Part shown: positions 15,055 to 27,748 of the stretch, piece by piece
Position numbering within the stretch: the first letter of the stretch is position 1
How the letters are laid out: each line of letters starts with the position of its first letter
DNA from: Eledone cirrhosa
Taxonomy: Eukaryota
Assembly: GCA_964016885.1 (NCBI GenBank)
Contig: OZ024742.1
Location: 339,884,001 to 339,948,000 of the forward strand
Length of the DNA stretch: 64,000 nucleotides
Direction: 5' to 3'
Made by a program: the position numbers and the translations under genes
The notes under the pieces: generated by a model
The model's database searches: none
What the model was told of the DNA's origin: nothing
Seen by the model: only the letters and a program-made list of their open reading frames with translations

Positions 15055-18000
15055 ATGGCCGTACTTACAATAGGCAGTATAAATGTACGTGGCCTGGGGT
15101 CATCTTGGAAGCAGGGTCACCTGCTCAACGACCTCAGGTCACTAAACATAGATGTGCTGGCCATCAGCGAGACCAGAATCTCCGAAGCACGAGCCTTCGC
15201 ACCGATCTTCGGCGGCTACGATGTATACGCATCTCCCAGCCGTCCAGGATCGGGGGGAGGGTTTGCTGTGCTTTTTCGGAGGGGCTTGGATCTCGCCATA
15301 CGGGCCATCTTCCTGGACCCAGAAGGTAAGTCGGTGGTGTTGGACGTGACTGGCAGCGAAGGCAATGCTTTCAGGCTAGTAGCCGTCTACGCGCCAAGGA
15401 CGGCCAGATTTCTTCAGACGTCTAGAGACCTTTCTTAGAACTTCCGGCCCTTTAGTGTTAGAGGGCGACTGGAACGGTATCTTAGATGCACGCTGGGATT
15501 ATGTGGGGCTAGTAGACAGGGCAGGAGGGTGTAAAAGCCCCCAAAACCTGCTCAGACGTTTTGAACTGTCTGAGAGGTATAGACTGGATTATCCGAATGT
15601 GCCAATGTGGACATGAGCAAACCGCATCGGGTCATCCAGATCGTATTTAGATAGAGTATTCTGTAGGGAAACAGATAAGGCTAGTGTAGGTTGTCCACAA
15701 ATGAAAGTAGTCGACTACACGGACCACAAATTTGAGATATGTGAAGTTGACTTAGATAGACTCCATAGGCAAGGGCCCGGCTACTGGAAGCTGAACGCGT
15801 CGTTCCCGGCGCGCAAAGCTTACAGAGACCGGATTAGCGAATTAGTTAAGCGTGCGTTGACGGGTGCGATCGTCAACAACAGGTGGTGGTTTACCCTGAA
15901 AAGGGCTATTAGAGTAGAATCGATAAGGTTTAGCAAAGGAGTAGTGATAGAGGAAAATAGAGTAGAGGGAGAGTTAGTTAGAAAGCTAGAAGAGGCGTTT
16001 AGGACAGGCATCACAACCGACGTGCTAGCGGCGAGATTTACACTCGACCAATTCTACAACGCAAAGCATGAAGGCTGCGTTTTCAGAGCTAGAACGCGTG
16101 CTCTAAGACATAGGGGACGAAAGGCGTTCAATGGGCCCAGGTGATGGAGGCGTGACGTGGCAACAAGTCTACAATTCGGTTTTTGCCTGATCAAAATGGG
16201 CGCATGTTGCTCGAACCCGAGCAAATGTGTGCGGCTTTTCAACAGCACTTTGTTCAATTGTTCGGGAGCGGCGTCGGGCCTGATCGGAGTATGGACTTCG
16301 GTGCATACCTCGACGGACTGGCGCAGCTCTCGACGACCGCAGCGCAGTGCTGCAAAAAGCCGATAATAGCAGGTGAAATACGGGGCGCGATCTCAGACTG
16401 TACGAAGGGTAAATCGCCATGTTCGGATGGTCTGCCCTACGAGCTTTATGCGTATATGCGAGACCTGTTCGGCGACCTCTTGGCAGATGTCTACTGCAAC
16501 TGGCAGCAGAACAGGAACATTCCCAGTTTTGTGAGCCGGGGAGCGGTGGCGCTTCTGAGAAAAGACCCGAACAAGGGGGCCGTTATAGACAACTTCAGGC
16601 CCATAACTCTGCTAAACGCAGAGTTTAAGATTTGGGCCACGGTATTAGCAAAGAGATTGGCGCTTGTCGTCGGTGATCTGGTGGGAGACGCGCAGACATG
16701 CGCCATACCGGACAGATCCATCCACGACAACCTCCATCTCATGCGATGCATAAGAGAGGGTGGTGAAGGAACCTGGCACGAGTGGGGCCCTGATCAACTT
16801 GGATCAATCTAAAGCATTTGATAGGGTCGATAATCGGTACCTGGCTGCGGTCCTCGAGGCGACCGGCTTCGGGCCCGTTTTTAGGGGATGGATCGCTGTT
16901 ATGCACAGCGACATCTGCTCTATTGTGAGGGTGAATGGTCACCTGTTGCAGCCTTTCATGCACTCGGTCTGCCAGAGTTGCCCCCTCTCGTCCCTCTTGT
17001 ACATACTGGCCATCGAGCCTTTACTACACAAATTGGAGACGATGAGGGGGGTCCCACGCGAACTGGGATGCGGGAGATCCGTGTCAGCTTACGCCGACGA
17101 TGTCACCGTGGTGGTGTCGAGCACCAAACACGTCCAGATGCTCAGCACCGATCTCAAGGAATACGAAGCGGTGACAGGAGCAAAGATAAACCAGGAAAAG
17201 TCTGTGGGCTTGCAACTCGGCACCTGGAGAGGCAGGTCCATGTCGTCCGACAGCGTCGTGGGGCGCTGGACGGAAGGACCAGTTAAATTGCTCGGGGTCT
17301 GGTTCGGTCCGGATCTCCAGATGGAGAAAAACTGCAGCGAGGTGACGAGCAGGGAGGCTTCTCTCACCCAGAAACAGGCCGAGAGGAGGCTGTCTCTGAA
17401 AGGTCGGGCGGAGGTGGCGAATGCGTACATAGCGTCCGTTATCTGCTACCGCCTGACCGTCGTACCTTATCCCCGCCAAACTCTGACCAAAATGGAACGC
17501 CTTCTCTTCCGCTTTTTGTGGAAGCGACGTGCTCCCATGGTCAGACGATCCATTTGCTGTCAACACCCGTTGCGTGGAGGACTAGGCATGCCGTAGCTGA
17601 AGATGCGCAAGCATGCGCTGAGACTGCGACATCTCTGGTGCTTCCTTGACGGTGAACAGGTGTGGTCGCCGTTTACCAGACGCGCTTTTCCCCAGCTCGT
17701 CTCCTTGACGGAGCTGCAGTCCTGGATCAGGAAAAGACCGAGGGCTAGCGCTTGGAAACTGGAATGTCTCCAAGCGCTCACCACCCTCTACCAGCTGGGC
17801 ACTAGTATCGGTGGAATATCCACCTCGGCGTTCTATAGAGGGCTAGTGGAGAGAAAGAGCGATGACGTGCTCGAAGAGGATCAGCTGTTCGCTCTCTTCA
17901 AGAGAACTTTAAGACTGGGGCCTACGGACAACTTCAAGAAATCTCTGGCCTGGCAGTGCTACCGGGGAGCGTTCCCAGTTCGGGATAAGCTCTACAGGCA

Positions 18001-18428
18001 CGGAGGTGCTGTCAGCCGAGCCTGTCCGAGATGCGCGCAGGGCGACGAGACCGTCCTGCACGCACTCGTTCAGTGCCTGAGGATTGCTGACTTGTGGATC
18101 TATGTCGAACAGCTGCTGTCGCGTGTAGGATGGATCCGGTTATCGTCTGTGTCTATTGTGCAGATAGCGCCGTCATTCTCCTTTAAAGAGGAGGAAGGGC
18201 AGGAAGTTTTCATCTGCCTGGTGGCCATGGCGAAAGAGATTGTGTGGTGGACAATGTTGGAAGGGTTGAAGACGGACACTTTCCTCCCCCGCCAATCCCT
18301 GATTAACTTTTTCAAGATTCACTTGAAGAGGAAAATCAGGGTGGAGAGGCAAGTGCTGTCTTCTAGTAAGTTTGTTGAAAGGTGGGTGAAAGTGGCGAGT
18401 CTGGTCAGAGTGAACGGGCCCGCTCTGA
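15055..18428 (+). pseudogene. Tx1 ORF2 (APE endonuclease, reverse transcriptase, Zn-binding), several frameshifts and stops
   Basis: SINVRGL, ISET, GYWKLN, NFRPITLLN, LDQSKAFDRV, YADD, CPRC..HALVQC. Confidence 0.92.
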
Positions 18429-18432
18429 TTTT

Positions 18433-19060
18433 TAGCGTGGTAATAAATAGCCGAACTTTTCAAGGGGTAATTCCATTTATGGGAGAGGCAGCCCATCGGG
18501 ATTTTGTAGCCTCAGTAGTCCCACCCCAGTAAATTATATATAGCATTGCCCGAAAAAGCAATACCAGCTAAAATTATAGCAGCTGTTTTAGACTCTAGTT
18601 TTTTAAAATTATATTTATATTTTTTTTATTATTTAATTTTTTAATATTATTATTATTTTTATTTATTATTATTTTTAATTTCAATTTATTAACATTTTAA
18701 TTCTATAACGTCCCACTCTCATATTCCTCCAGAATTCTTTTTTCGCCTGCTTTCTAGCTAGTCTAATTTCATACACACTCCTAAGAATTTGCTGTATAGA
18801 ATTCACTTTCAGCGCTTGACCGGCTCCACCCACTCCCTTATTGTTCCACAGGCAAGTTCAGCCACCCCCAACCCACTGCCATGAAAGAATTAATTGTATT
18901 TACAAGAAATTTTGAGCAATCCTTTTGACAACTACAATCTCCCATATAAGGAATTACCCCTTCAAAAGTTCGGTTATTTATTACCACGCTATAAGTCTAA
19001 TTTAGTCAAGAAATAGCCGTCGAAACAGCTCGAGCTCTGCGGTCGGGTCTTTAACATTTT

Positions 19061-19062
<2 letters not shown>
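18433..19062. mobile_element. Element with 54-bp inverted repeat (18433-18486 / 18938-18991) and a variant hammerhead at its right end; same family as 58848-58988
   Basis: IR read directly; accc-cTT(C/G)AAAA-g..cggttattt..aaatagccg..c-GAAA-cagc..gcggTC-gggt. Confidence 0.7.
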
Positions 19063-19109
<47 letters not shown>

Positions 19110-19310
19110 TATTAAATTATTATTATATATACTCCTTGCTCCACCGTTAAGTTATCGAAAGGTTTAAAGCTTAACCGTAGGGCAGATAATTTTTATAATA
19201 ATATCTAAAGTGTACTTTCCTTAATAATAGTGTATTAATTTGAACAGCGGTCTTAATGTTTTTAACTAGTAACATCTCATCCATTCATCTCTCCCCCATC
19301 CCACCCTCTT

Positions 19311-19364
<54 letters not shown>

Positions 19365-19379
19365 ACACACACACACACA

Positions 19380-19424
<45 letters not shown>

Positions 19425-19475
19425 CACATACTTGCCTTTGAACATATTGTTTTAAAGTATTATGAATTGGCAGAC

Positions 19476-19719
<244 letters not shown>

Positions 19720-19748
19720 TATATATATATGTACATATATATATGTAC

Positions 19749-19785
<37 letters not shown>

Positions 19786-19859
19786 CATATATATACACAT
19801 ATATAATCATATATATATATACATATATATATACATATATATCTACATATATACATATG

Positions 19860-19890
<31 letters not shown>

Positions 19891-20495
19891 ATACATATAT
19901 ACATAAATATATACATACATGTATACATACATATATTCATATTTATGTATATATTTCTCTTTCTTTCTGATTTATAAACCTAATTTTATATAGACGTAAA
20001 TCTATCTGCATATTTAATTACAGATGTCTAGATGTCTAGATGTAAGGGGGAGAGCTAATTTATTAGCATATTTAATTACAAAATTATTGTACTTCAATAA
20101 GCATTACTTCAATAGATATGTACATTTGTAAACGGACTCTACCCCTCGCCACTCTATTCCATGCATTCTTAATTGCATTTAAATCTCTTCTCTAAATGAG
20201 TCACAGCTGGATCGTCATGTTGTTGATATATATTACGGAAGTTTCCATGTCTAGCCATTCACCGAACGTTGAGTTTTAAATATATCGTATCTATATATTT
20301 GAAATGTAGTCGTCCCAACGCAAGCGACTATATTTATAGTTGATCACTATAAATGAAGGCGCGTGGCTGAGAATGAAGACGCGTGGCTAAGTAGTTAGTG
20401 AATTAGATATGTTAGAAATCAATAAATACGTAGACATCAATGAGACTGTTAAACGTATTATACTTCCAGACATGTTACCAGAATATATAGAGAGT

Positions 20496-20712
20496 GAAGG
20501 CGTGTGGATGAGTGGTTAGAGAATTGAATTCGCAATCGTGAGGTTGTGAATTCGATTCCCGGACCGGGTGATGTCTTATGTCCTTGAACAAGACACTTTA
20601 TTTCGCATTGCTCCTTCTACCTGGAGTTGCGACAGATAGATAGTATTAGCAATTGGAAAGACCAACGGAAACATTGTTTCCTCGGTCCGATTTGATGAAA
20701 GTCGATCGACTG
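20496..20712 (+). mobile_element. tRNA-derived SINE (type 1)
   Basis: gaaggcgtgtggatgagtggttagag (A box) and ttcgattccc (B box); paralogs at 22213 and 41860. Confidence 0.85.
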
Positions 20713-21569
20713 TTATACTATAAATAATAGTTTAGAAAATCAGATAACATATTCCAGGAAACAGAGTATCTGTTCCTTTTTTCCATCTCCAGGGATTACT
20801 TGATTGTTATTTATAGTGAATACAACAGATTTATTCCAAAGAAAGAGAGTGAGAGAAAACGGAAGAGAGAAAGATATAAAAGAAGAATCGACCCCAGTAC
20901 TAGACTCGTACCTTTTTATATCGACCTTGAATGGTTGAATGGCAAAGTTGACCTCTCAAAATAATTTACTCCGACTTAAACCAGCGATGGAAATGTTTTG
21001 TAGTCATTCAACTGATGAAAAATAACAGCCAGAAATTACATATTCTTTGAACACTCACCTTCTAGTGGGGTGTACAGGTGTTGCGACATATAAATGTCGG
21101 ATCTTGGTAGAGTCTATTGCAACACAGATTTGACCAGAGTTAGTTTCTTCCAGAGAATATAAGAACCGAATTAAGATATACAGAAAAACAAATGTCCTAC
21201 CCCCACTCCGTAATGGAACGCTACTTTATTTATCTATTTCGAATGGGTGAAAGGCAACGTTGAACTATACTCGGAGTTACGAGAAGAGCGGAGTTAACTG
21301 GTTCCGAATACCGCTTGGTATTCTTTCCGACGCTCTAAAAATTCTGTCAATTTGTTACCACACATCACACTCTGAGAACAATATAACTATTTCCTACTTC
21401 ATAAATACTTTCGATTAAATGTTTACTGATCAATGGAGAAGTGTTGTGCTGTCGTATAGAGTGAATTAGCAGTGAATTGGCAGAGTCGTTAGAGCGTCGG
21501 ATTATAAAATGTTCCGACTCTCCTGACAGGTTTATATGCATTTTCAGACTACTTTACATCTTGAGGCAA

Positions 21570-21800
21570 CATATATCCAAGTATTGACCACTCTCTGATA
21601 GGTTTGTGGCCGAGCCTGTAGCAGTGAAGACTTCCGGCGTTCTTGGTTCACCGGATCATACCCATACTCACTGTTGAGCGGAGTTGGCCGGCCGCCCGCA
21701 GGTGCGAGTCCTGCAAGGTGAAGTGTCTGATCCAGCGCGTTTCCCTCGCTGTCCTCGGGGACAGTATATTCTCCATCCTGTCGGCCGGGACCCTGAAGTG
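21570..21800 (+). mobile_element. Old CRE-like RLE LINE 3' fragment
   Basis: ccagcgcgtttccctcgctgtcctc..ttctccatcctgtcggccggg is homologous to 30820-30876. Confidence 0.65.
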
Positions 21801-22212
21801 GAGGGTAAGTTAGTTTGAGGTGGAGGACACTCGTTTGGATGTCACTTTCACCCAAGGCTGTTGTAAAGACACTTACCCGAAATTCCACGCTTTGTAATCG
21901 AACCCTGGAAGTCATAACTATAAAGTAACCTATTTGACTGTGCTGGGGCCATACTATATAACGTACAAAACACAGGGAAACATTTCCTTGTCTAGAATTT
22001 TGTAATATATACTTTTCCTTTCCTACTTCAGAGGTGGGAAGAGAGGATGTCAGTATAATAAAGAAAGAGTGAAATACTGTGATCGATATACCCGACTAGC
22101 CCGTTCCCTACTAATGTTGAAACATATGTTAGAAATCAATAAATACGTAGACATCGATGAGACTGTTAAATGTATTATACTTCCAGACATGTGACCAGAA
22201 TATATATGTAGT

Positions 22213-22430
22213 GAAGGCTTGTGGCTGAGTGGTTAGAGAATTGGATTCGCAATTGTGAGGTTGTGAGTTCGATTCCTGGACCGGGTGATGCGTTATCTCC
22301 TTGAGCAAGACACTTTATTTCACGTTGCTCTTTCTACCTGGAGTTGCGACCGATAGATAGTATTAGCAAGGGGAAAGACCAATGGAAACATTCTTTCCTC
22401 GGTCCGATTTGACGAAAGTTGATCGACTGT
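22213..22430 (+). mobile_element. tRNA-derived SINE (type 1)
   Basis: tggctgagtggttag and gttcgattcc boxes. Confidence 0.85.
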
Positions 22431-22494
22431 CGATACGTAGTGTATTTTATAACTTAAAATAGACGGAAGAGCAAACGATGTTCAAATCCAGAGA

Positions 22495-22534
22495 AAGAGA
22501 TGCAGAGAGGAAGTAGATATACGGGCAGAGAGGG

Positions 22535-22580
<46 letters not shown>

Positions 22581-22923
22581 AAAGGACAAACAGAGATAGA
22601 GATGACACATAGAGAAGTGGAGGGGAAGAGAGAAATAGACAGAGAAAGTGAGATAGACAGAGAAGAAAGAGAGGAGAAGGGGTACAGAGAGACAGAGAGA
22701 AAGAAAGGGGGAAAAGAGACAGAGTCTGAGGTGGAGACAAATTGAAAGATGGATCGATAGAGAGAGTGGCAGAGAGACAAACAGAGAGATAGAAAGACAG
22801 AGAGAGTGACAGAGAGGGAGAGAGAGAAGCAAACAGAGAGAGAGAAAGACAGAGACAGTAAGAGATAGATAGATAAATACAGATAGATAGATAGATAGAG
22901 AGAAGGAGAGAGCGAGTGAGAGA

Positions 22924-22971
<48 letters not shown>

Positions 22972-22980
22972 AGGTGGGGG
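22495..22980. repeat. (GA)n-rich purine tract
   Basis: Direct reading. Confidence 0.9.
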
Positions 22981-23074
22981 AGAAAAAACATGTCCGGTTT
23001 TTCTTTTAAATCGCTGTTAGTCTTCTTGAATTTTACAAATCAATCACAGTTAATTTAATTTATCATCAATTATA

Positions 23075-23113
23075 GCAGCAGCAGCAGCACTAACAACAAC
23101 AACAACGATAACG

Positions 23114-23145
<32 letters not shown>

Positions 23146-23366
23146 AACAAAAAAAACAACAAGAACGACAACAATAACAATGAAAACCACGACGACAACA
23201 ACAATAGCAAAAAACAACGACAACAACAACAACAACGACAACAAAAACAATAACAACAACAATAACAACAACAACGACAATGACGTCGACAACAATAACA
23301 AAAACAACAACAATAAAAACAATGACAACAACAATAACAACAACAACAACGAGAACATTAACAATA
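23075..23366. repeat. (CAA)n-type trinucleotide repeat
   Basis: Direct reading. Confidence 0.9.
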
Positions 23367-23524
23367 AGGCGACAGTAATACTGAAGATGGCGCCAAAACG
23401 TAGTTTGTTATTAAATCGATATCAACTACTTGCACGTTAATTTCAGGATTTTGCTGTTCTGTTGATGCTATCAACAGAAATACTCGTCGTCGTCACTGAC
23501 GGAGTGCCACAATGTATGTATGTG

Positions 23525-24330
23525 CTGCAGGGTGTCCAAAATCACCGCCCTCACCAACTTGGTGGGGTTGCCGGTTTAGTCGCCGACAACCCGACCATGC
23601 GACAGGTTGTACTGGGTTACATGTTACGAGTAAGACTCAAGCGTGACCCGACATAAAACCTGCGGCTCAATAGTTACCGATGATGTTGATCTTTTCTTCT
23701 TTTCGAGTTATAGCTACTGTCGCTCAGAGAGTGGGGTTGGCTCAGTGCAAAGTCTTTCCTCACTTTAAAAAAAATTTCACGCACAGGCATTGCACCATAG
23801 TATTGATTAATTAATTAATTGATCATTATTTAGAATGTTATATCGTGCAATGGCCATACTCGATAACGAGGGGCCAGCCATCATCATGTATGTATGTCTG
23901 GTCACTCTTCAGCGCTACTGGTAACATGTAGCTCAGTATAACCTGTGCAGGATCGGATCAACTAAACCGGCTACTCCACTAATCTTAGATGGTGATTTTG
24001 GACAACTTGCGGGATGAAAAACCACATCCGTCAAAGGGCAGAAGAATTTAGGAGAGTCAACTGCCATCCAATGGTGGGGTGTGGGGTAGTTAAGTGAGAG
24101 ACCTAGTTTTCATTAAGACATCTTTCTAGGAGAAGGTCACTTTCATATAAAACTGGGAACTTCGTTTGCATCCAATGATGTTTAGTGAGAGGGGATTGGT
24201 CCCCTGCAAAACCTTTCCCCACTTAAAAAAGCCTCAAGCACAGTCATCGCCTGATATGTGACATTTTTTGCGATGCATGGTATTGCTGGCCATAGGCAAG
24301 TCCCTAGCAGGAGTAAAAAGCCACGTCCGT
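23525..24330. mobile_element. Older, rearranged copies of the 550-bp RTE-like element (one minus, others plus)
   Basis: 23525-23598 reverse complement matches the 5' end of 24479; 23955-24260 has gtcaaagggc and ctaggagaagg. Confidence 0.6.
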
Positions 24331-24478
24331 GATTCTCATGCTTTAAGTATCAAACGATGGCATTACTCTGAATTAAGTTGCAGCCATCATGTATATATAA
24401 ATGTATGTATGTATGTATGTATGTATGTATGTATGTATGTATGTATGTATGTATGTATAAATGTATGTATGTATGTAT

Positions 24479-25027
24479 GGTCGGGTCGTTGGCGACTAAA
24501 CTGGCAACCCCACCAAGGTTTCTTGGTGAGGAGGGTGACTTTGGACATCCTGCAGGACTAAAAACAAAACCTGTCAAAGGGCAAAGGAGCTCTTAAGAGT
24601 CAATGGCCATAAAAAATAACCGGGAGAGATGACCCCTTAGCCTTTGTCAAGGCAGAATTCTAGGAGAAGGAAAACTCTGATATAACACCTGCAACCCTGA
24701 TGGTATCAAATGATGTTGACTTGTTCTTCTTTTTGGTAAATATCATCTTGGTTAAGAGAGTGGGACTGGCTTTGTGCAGTGCCTTTGCTCACTATAAAAG
24801 CTTCACGGCACAGGCATTGCTTTATATCTGGAGACCTCTCTGCACTTGTCACATGGTACCAAGGGCTCAGCACTATGTGTCAATAATTGTCACAAGTGTA
24901 GTGTTTGTACCAGAGATTTCAAGTCGCTGGCTGGACTAAAAAGTCACACTCGTTCAGCGCATCGGTAGGGGCGCTCCTACATGGATATAAAGTAGTGGCC
25001 GTACTCGAAAACGAGTTGGCAACCACC
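24479..25027 (+). mobile_element. ~550-bp non-coding retroposon in (ATGT)n, probably RTE-derived
   Basis: Near-identical copy at 56294-56845; ctaggagaaggaaaactctga resembles RTE 5' regions; (ATGT)n on both sides. Confidence 0.7.
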
Positions 25028-25113
25028 ATGTATGTATGTATGTATGTATGTATGTATGTATGTATGTATGTATGTATGTATGTATGTATGTATGTATGTA
25101 TGTATGTATTGAT

Positions 25114-26436
25114 GTTCTTCTGATGTTATAATTTAACAAAGTTTTACCAATAGAGAGAGAGTCGGTTTCTAACATAGACACAAGACTCTCTCATTGGAAT
25201 TTACACATCAACTAGGTAGATATGTATGTATGCATGCATGTGTAGATATGGATGTTATTGTATGTGTGGATGTGTATGTTTTGAGTTGTATGTGTGCATG
25301 TGTATATGCTTTGTATCTGTACATGTGTATATGCAGTTATTAGATGCAAAATGTTTGGAATGTTTTACATATTTTTACTGTTCCACTAATGTATCGTACT
25401 TGTAATTTCCTAACTAGTTGTGTTCTTTTTGTTCCTGTGAAGCCTAGCTTCTCAAGATTTGTATTGAGGCACTACCAACATATCCCCGTGCCCCAATAAT
25501 CACAGGCATAAATCTGAAGGTGTAATCAGGGTGGAGTATCTGCAGATTTCTCATCAGTTTTGCATAAATATTTCTCCTTTTCACTAATCTTTGATATTAT
25601 ATTGGCATCTGCTGGGCAGCTAATTTCCACTACTGTGCATATTTTCTTCTCCCTGTCCCATATCATAATATCTGGTCTGTTATGCCTGCATTTTATTGGG
25701 GTTTTTACTAGAACATTCCACTAGTACTCTTTCATATTATGTACATGGATGTCTTCCACATTGCTGTAGTTTTTAATGTGTTTATTATCGGGGCTATCCT
25801 TGCTACAGATTGCATTGACAGTGTTTTGCCACTACATCATGCCTCATAGGTAGATAGTACAGCGATGACATCTTTGGACAGCTGCTGATGACATGGGTGA
25901 TATCCTCGATGTTAGTTCTGCAGAGTCTGCACTTTTTATCACATCTAGATGTTTTGCCTGCATCCCTATCTCTTTTGTGAATCAGGTATTTCGTGCTAAT
26001 CTCCTGTTCCTGGATTGCAAAAGCGTATCTTTCAAATTGGGAGCCAATATAGCGGTTGTTGGTCCAAGATAGACTACTTTCCTTATCTATATTACTCTCA
26101 CTCTGGAGCTTCCTGGCAACATATCCATGCATGATTTGTTGCTGATAGGGATGCAGTTTTTCATCCATGGATTCACTGCAATACTGCTGAGCGACATCTC
26201 TGGGTGTGAGTTTTTGATTATCACACAAGGAATATCTCTCAAGGAGTTCCTTCCCAACTCTCATGATCTTATCTGTTTCATGCAGATAGACTTGCTCGAG
26301 AGACGGGCTCCTACGCTTCGAGGTTCGTAGATGTTGTCGGAGAGATATGATGCGACATTCAAATGTTGTCTGGACTGATGTTAGGCCTCTGCCTCCTTGC
26401 TTACGTTTCAAGTAAAGGCGGTCTATGTCACTGTTG
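25114..26436 (-). mobile_element. 5'-truncated R4/Dong-like RLE LINE, (CATA)n family, copy 2
   Basis: SDIDRLYLKRKQGGRGL, FAIQEQEI, CRLC..HVISSC, RHDVVA; (CATA)n at both junctions. Confidence 0.9.
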
Positions 26437-26656
26437 ATGTATGTATGTATGTATGTATGTATGTATGTATGTATGTATGTATGTATGTATGTATGTGAGT
26501 ATATGTGTGCATATATATATATATATATATACAGGTAAAATTCTGGTATCACGAATACCATTATAACATTTTTTTAAAAGGTTTTTAAATCCCCAGGGTA
26601 ATAACAAACACATTTCTTTTATTATACTCCGTGAATTTCGCGTCAAACTAACTAAC

Positions 26657-26734
<78 letters not shown>

Positions 26735-26850
26735 TAAACGGAATAGAAAATGCTGACAAATTGTTCACAGTTGAAAAATGGTTTAATTAGGAATAAAAGA
26801 GTATTAGTGATTGTATGGGTTAGTATTCAGTTGTGGTTTTAAGTTTTTAA

Positions 26851-26893
26851 GTTTTTACCGGTTGCGCATTTCTAAATGCTTTTCAAAAATAAT
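26851..26893 (-). ncRNA. Hammerhead-like motif with U3-A8 core, GAAA mutated to GCAA
   Basis: Reverse complement reads ttt-TTGAAAA-gcattt ag aaatgc-GCAA-ccgg-TA-aaa. Confidence 0.6.
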
Positions 26894-26950
26894 TTTGAGA
26901 TAGAGTGTCCGTGCTGTTTGCTCTGATCTGATTAGTTTTGGGAATTCTAC

Positions 26951-27168
26951 CTGTTTTTATGTTAAAAAAGTGGCTCCAATTTGCAAAAATTCTTGTGGTC
27001 AAAACAATTTTGATTGGTCGGTAGAGGTCATGTGAATGTAAAAAATTGATTTTGCGCCAAGACTGTTTTTATGTTAAAAAAGTGGCTCCAGCAAAAATTC
27101 TTGTGGTCAAAACAATTTTGATTGGTCGGTAGAGGTCATGTGAATAAAAAATTGGTTTTGCGCCAAGA
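26951..27168 (+). repeat. ~110-bp tandem duplication
   Basis: ctgtttttatgttaaaaaagtggctcca...ttttgcgccaaga twice. Confidence 0.9.
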
Positions 27169-27225
27169 TTGAGAAATGACTCTTTCACAACAAATCTTCC
27201 ATAACCGGACGGTTGTTCATATATT

Positions 27226-27268
27226 GTCAAAGTTCTTTCGTCACACATTCTGTGACCTCTTCAGTGAC
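27226..27268 (-). ncRNA. Type I hammerhead-like motif; truncated relative at 43991-44035 (+)
   Basis: gtca-CTGAAGA-g-gtcaca gaatg tgtgac-GAAA-gaac-TT-tgac. Confidence 0.7.
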
Positions 27269-27329
27269 TGGGGATTAATTTCTTTGTTTTTGTGCCTCTA
27301 CTTTGTTCTGTCCTACGCCATCTTGTTTT

Positions 27330-27400
<71 letters not shown>

Positions 27401-27407
<7 letters not shown>

Positions 27408-27625
27408 TAACAGATTAAAGTTTAAGCAAAGAATAGCTGCTTTCCCCTTAACGGGATCTTCTGAGTTTCAGAAGATCCCGTTAAGGGTGAAAGCACCTAT
27501 ACTTTGCTTAAACTTTAATTTGTTATTTTAATAAATATTTGCTCTACGGTTCTTATATATTTGATCTATATTTATCCTTATCGAGCCCTCTTTTGATTTT
27601 AGTCTTCAAATTTATTATTATTACT
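27401..27625. mobile_element. Fold-back element (64-bp arms 27401-27464 / 27468-27532, ~90-bp tail), centred on a hammerhead-like core
   Basis: IR read directly; CAGAAGA-tcccgttaagggt-GAAA; second copy at 44554-44708. Confidence 0.85.
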
Positions 27626-27680
27626 ATATATATATATATATGTGTGTGTGTGTCTGTGTATTTACGTATATAAGTGTATG

Positions 27681-27748
<68 letters not shown>

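Larger units (their letters stand above)
12958..18428 (+). mobile_element. Near full-length, degenerate Tx1-clade LINE (family A), 3' UTR lost
   Basis: ORF1 with CCHC; ORF2 with APE, RT and Zn-binding fragments; starts directly after (ATT)n. Confidence 0.92.

Noticed and set aside
20496-20565. Functional tRNA genes at SINE heads and at 33700-33770
   Set aside because: A/B boxes are present but there is no complete cloverleaf; the SINE heads continue into SINE bodies
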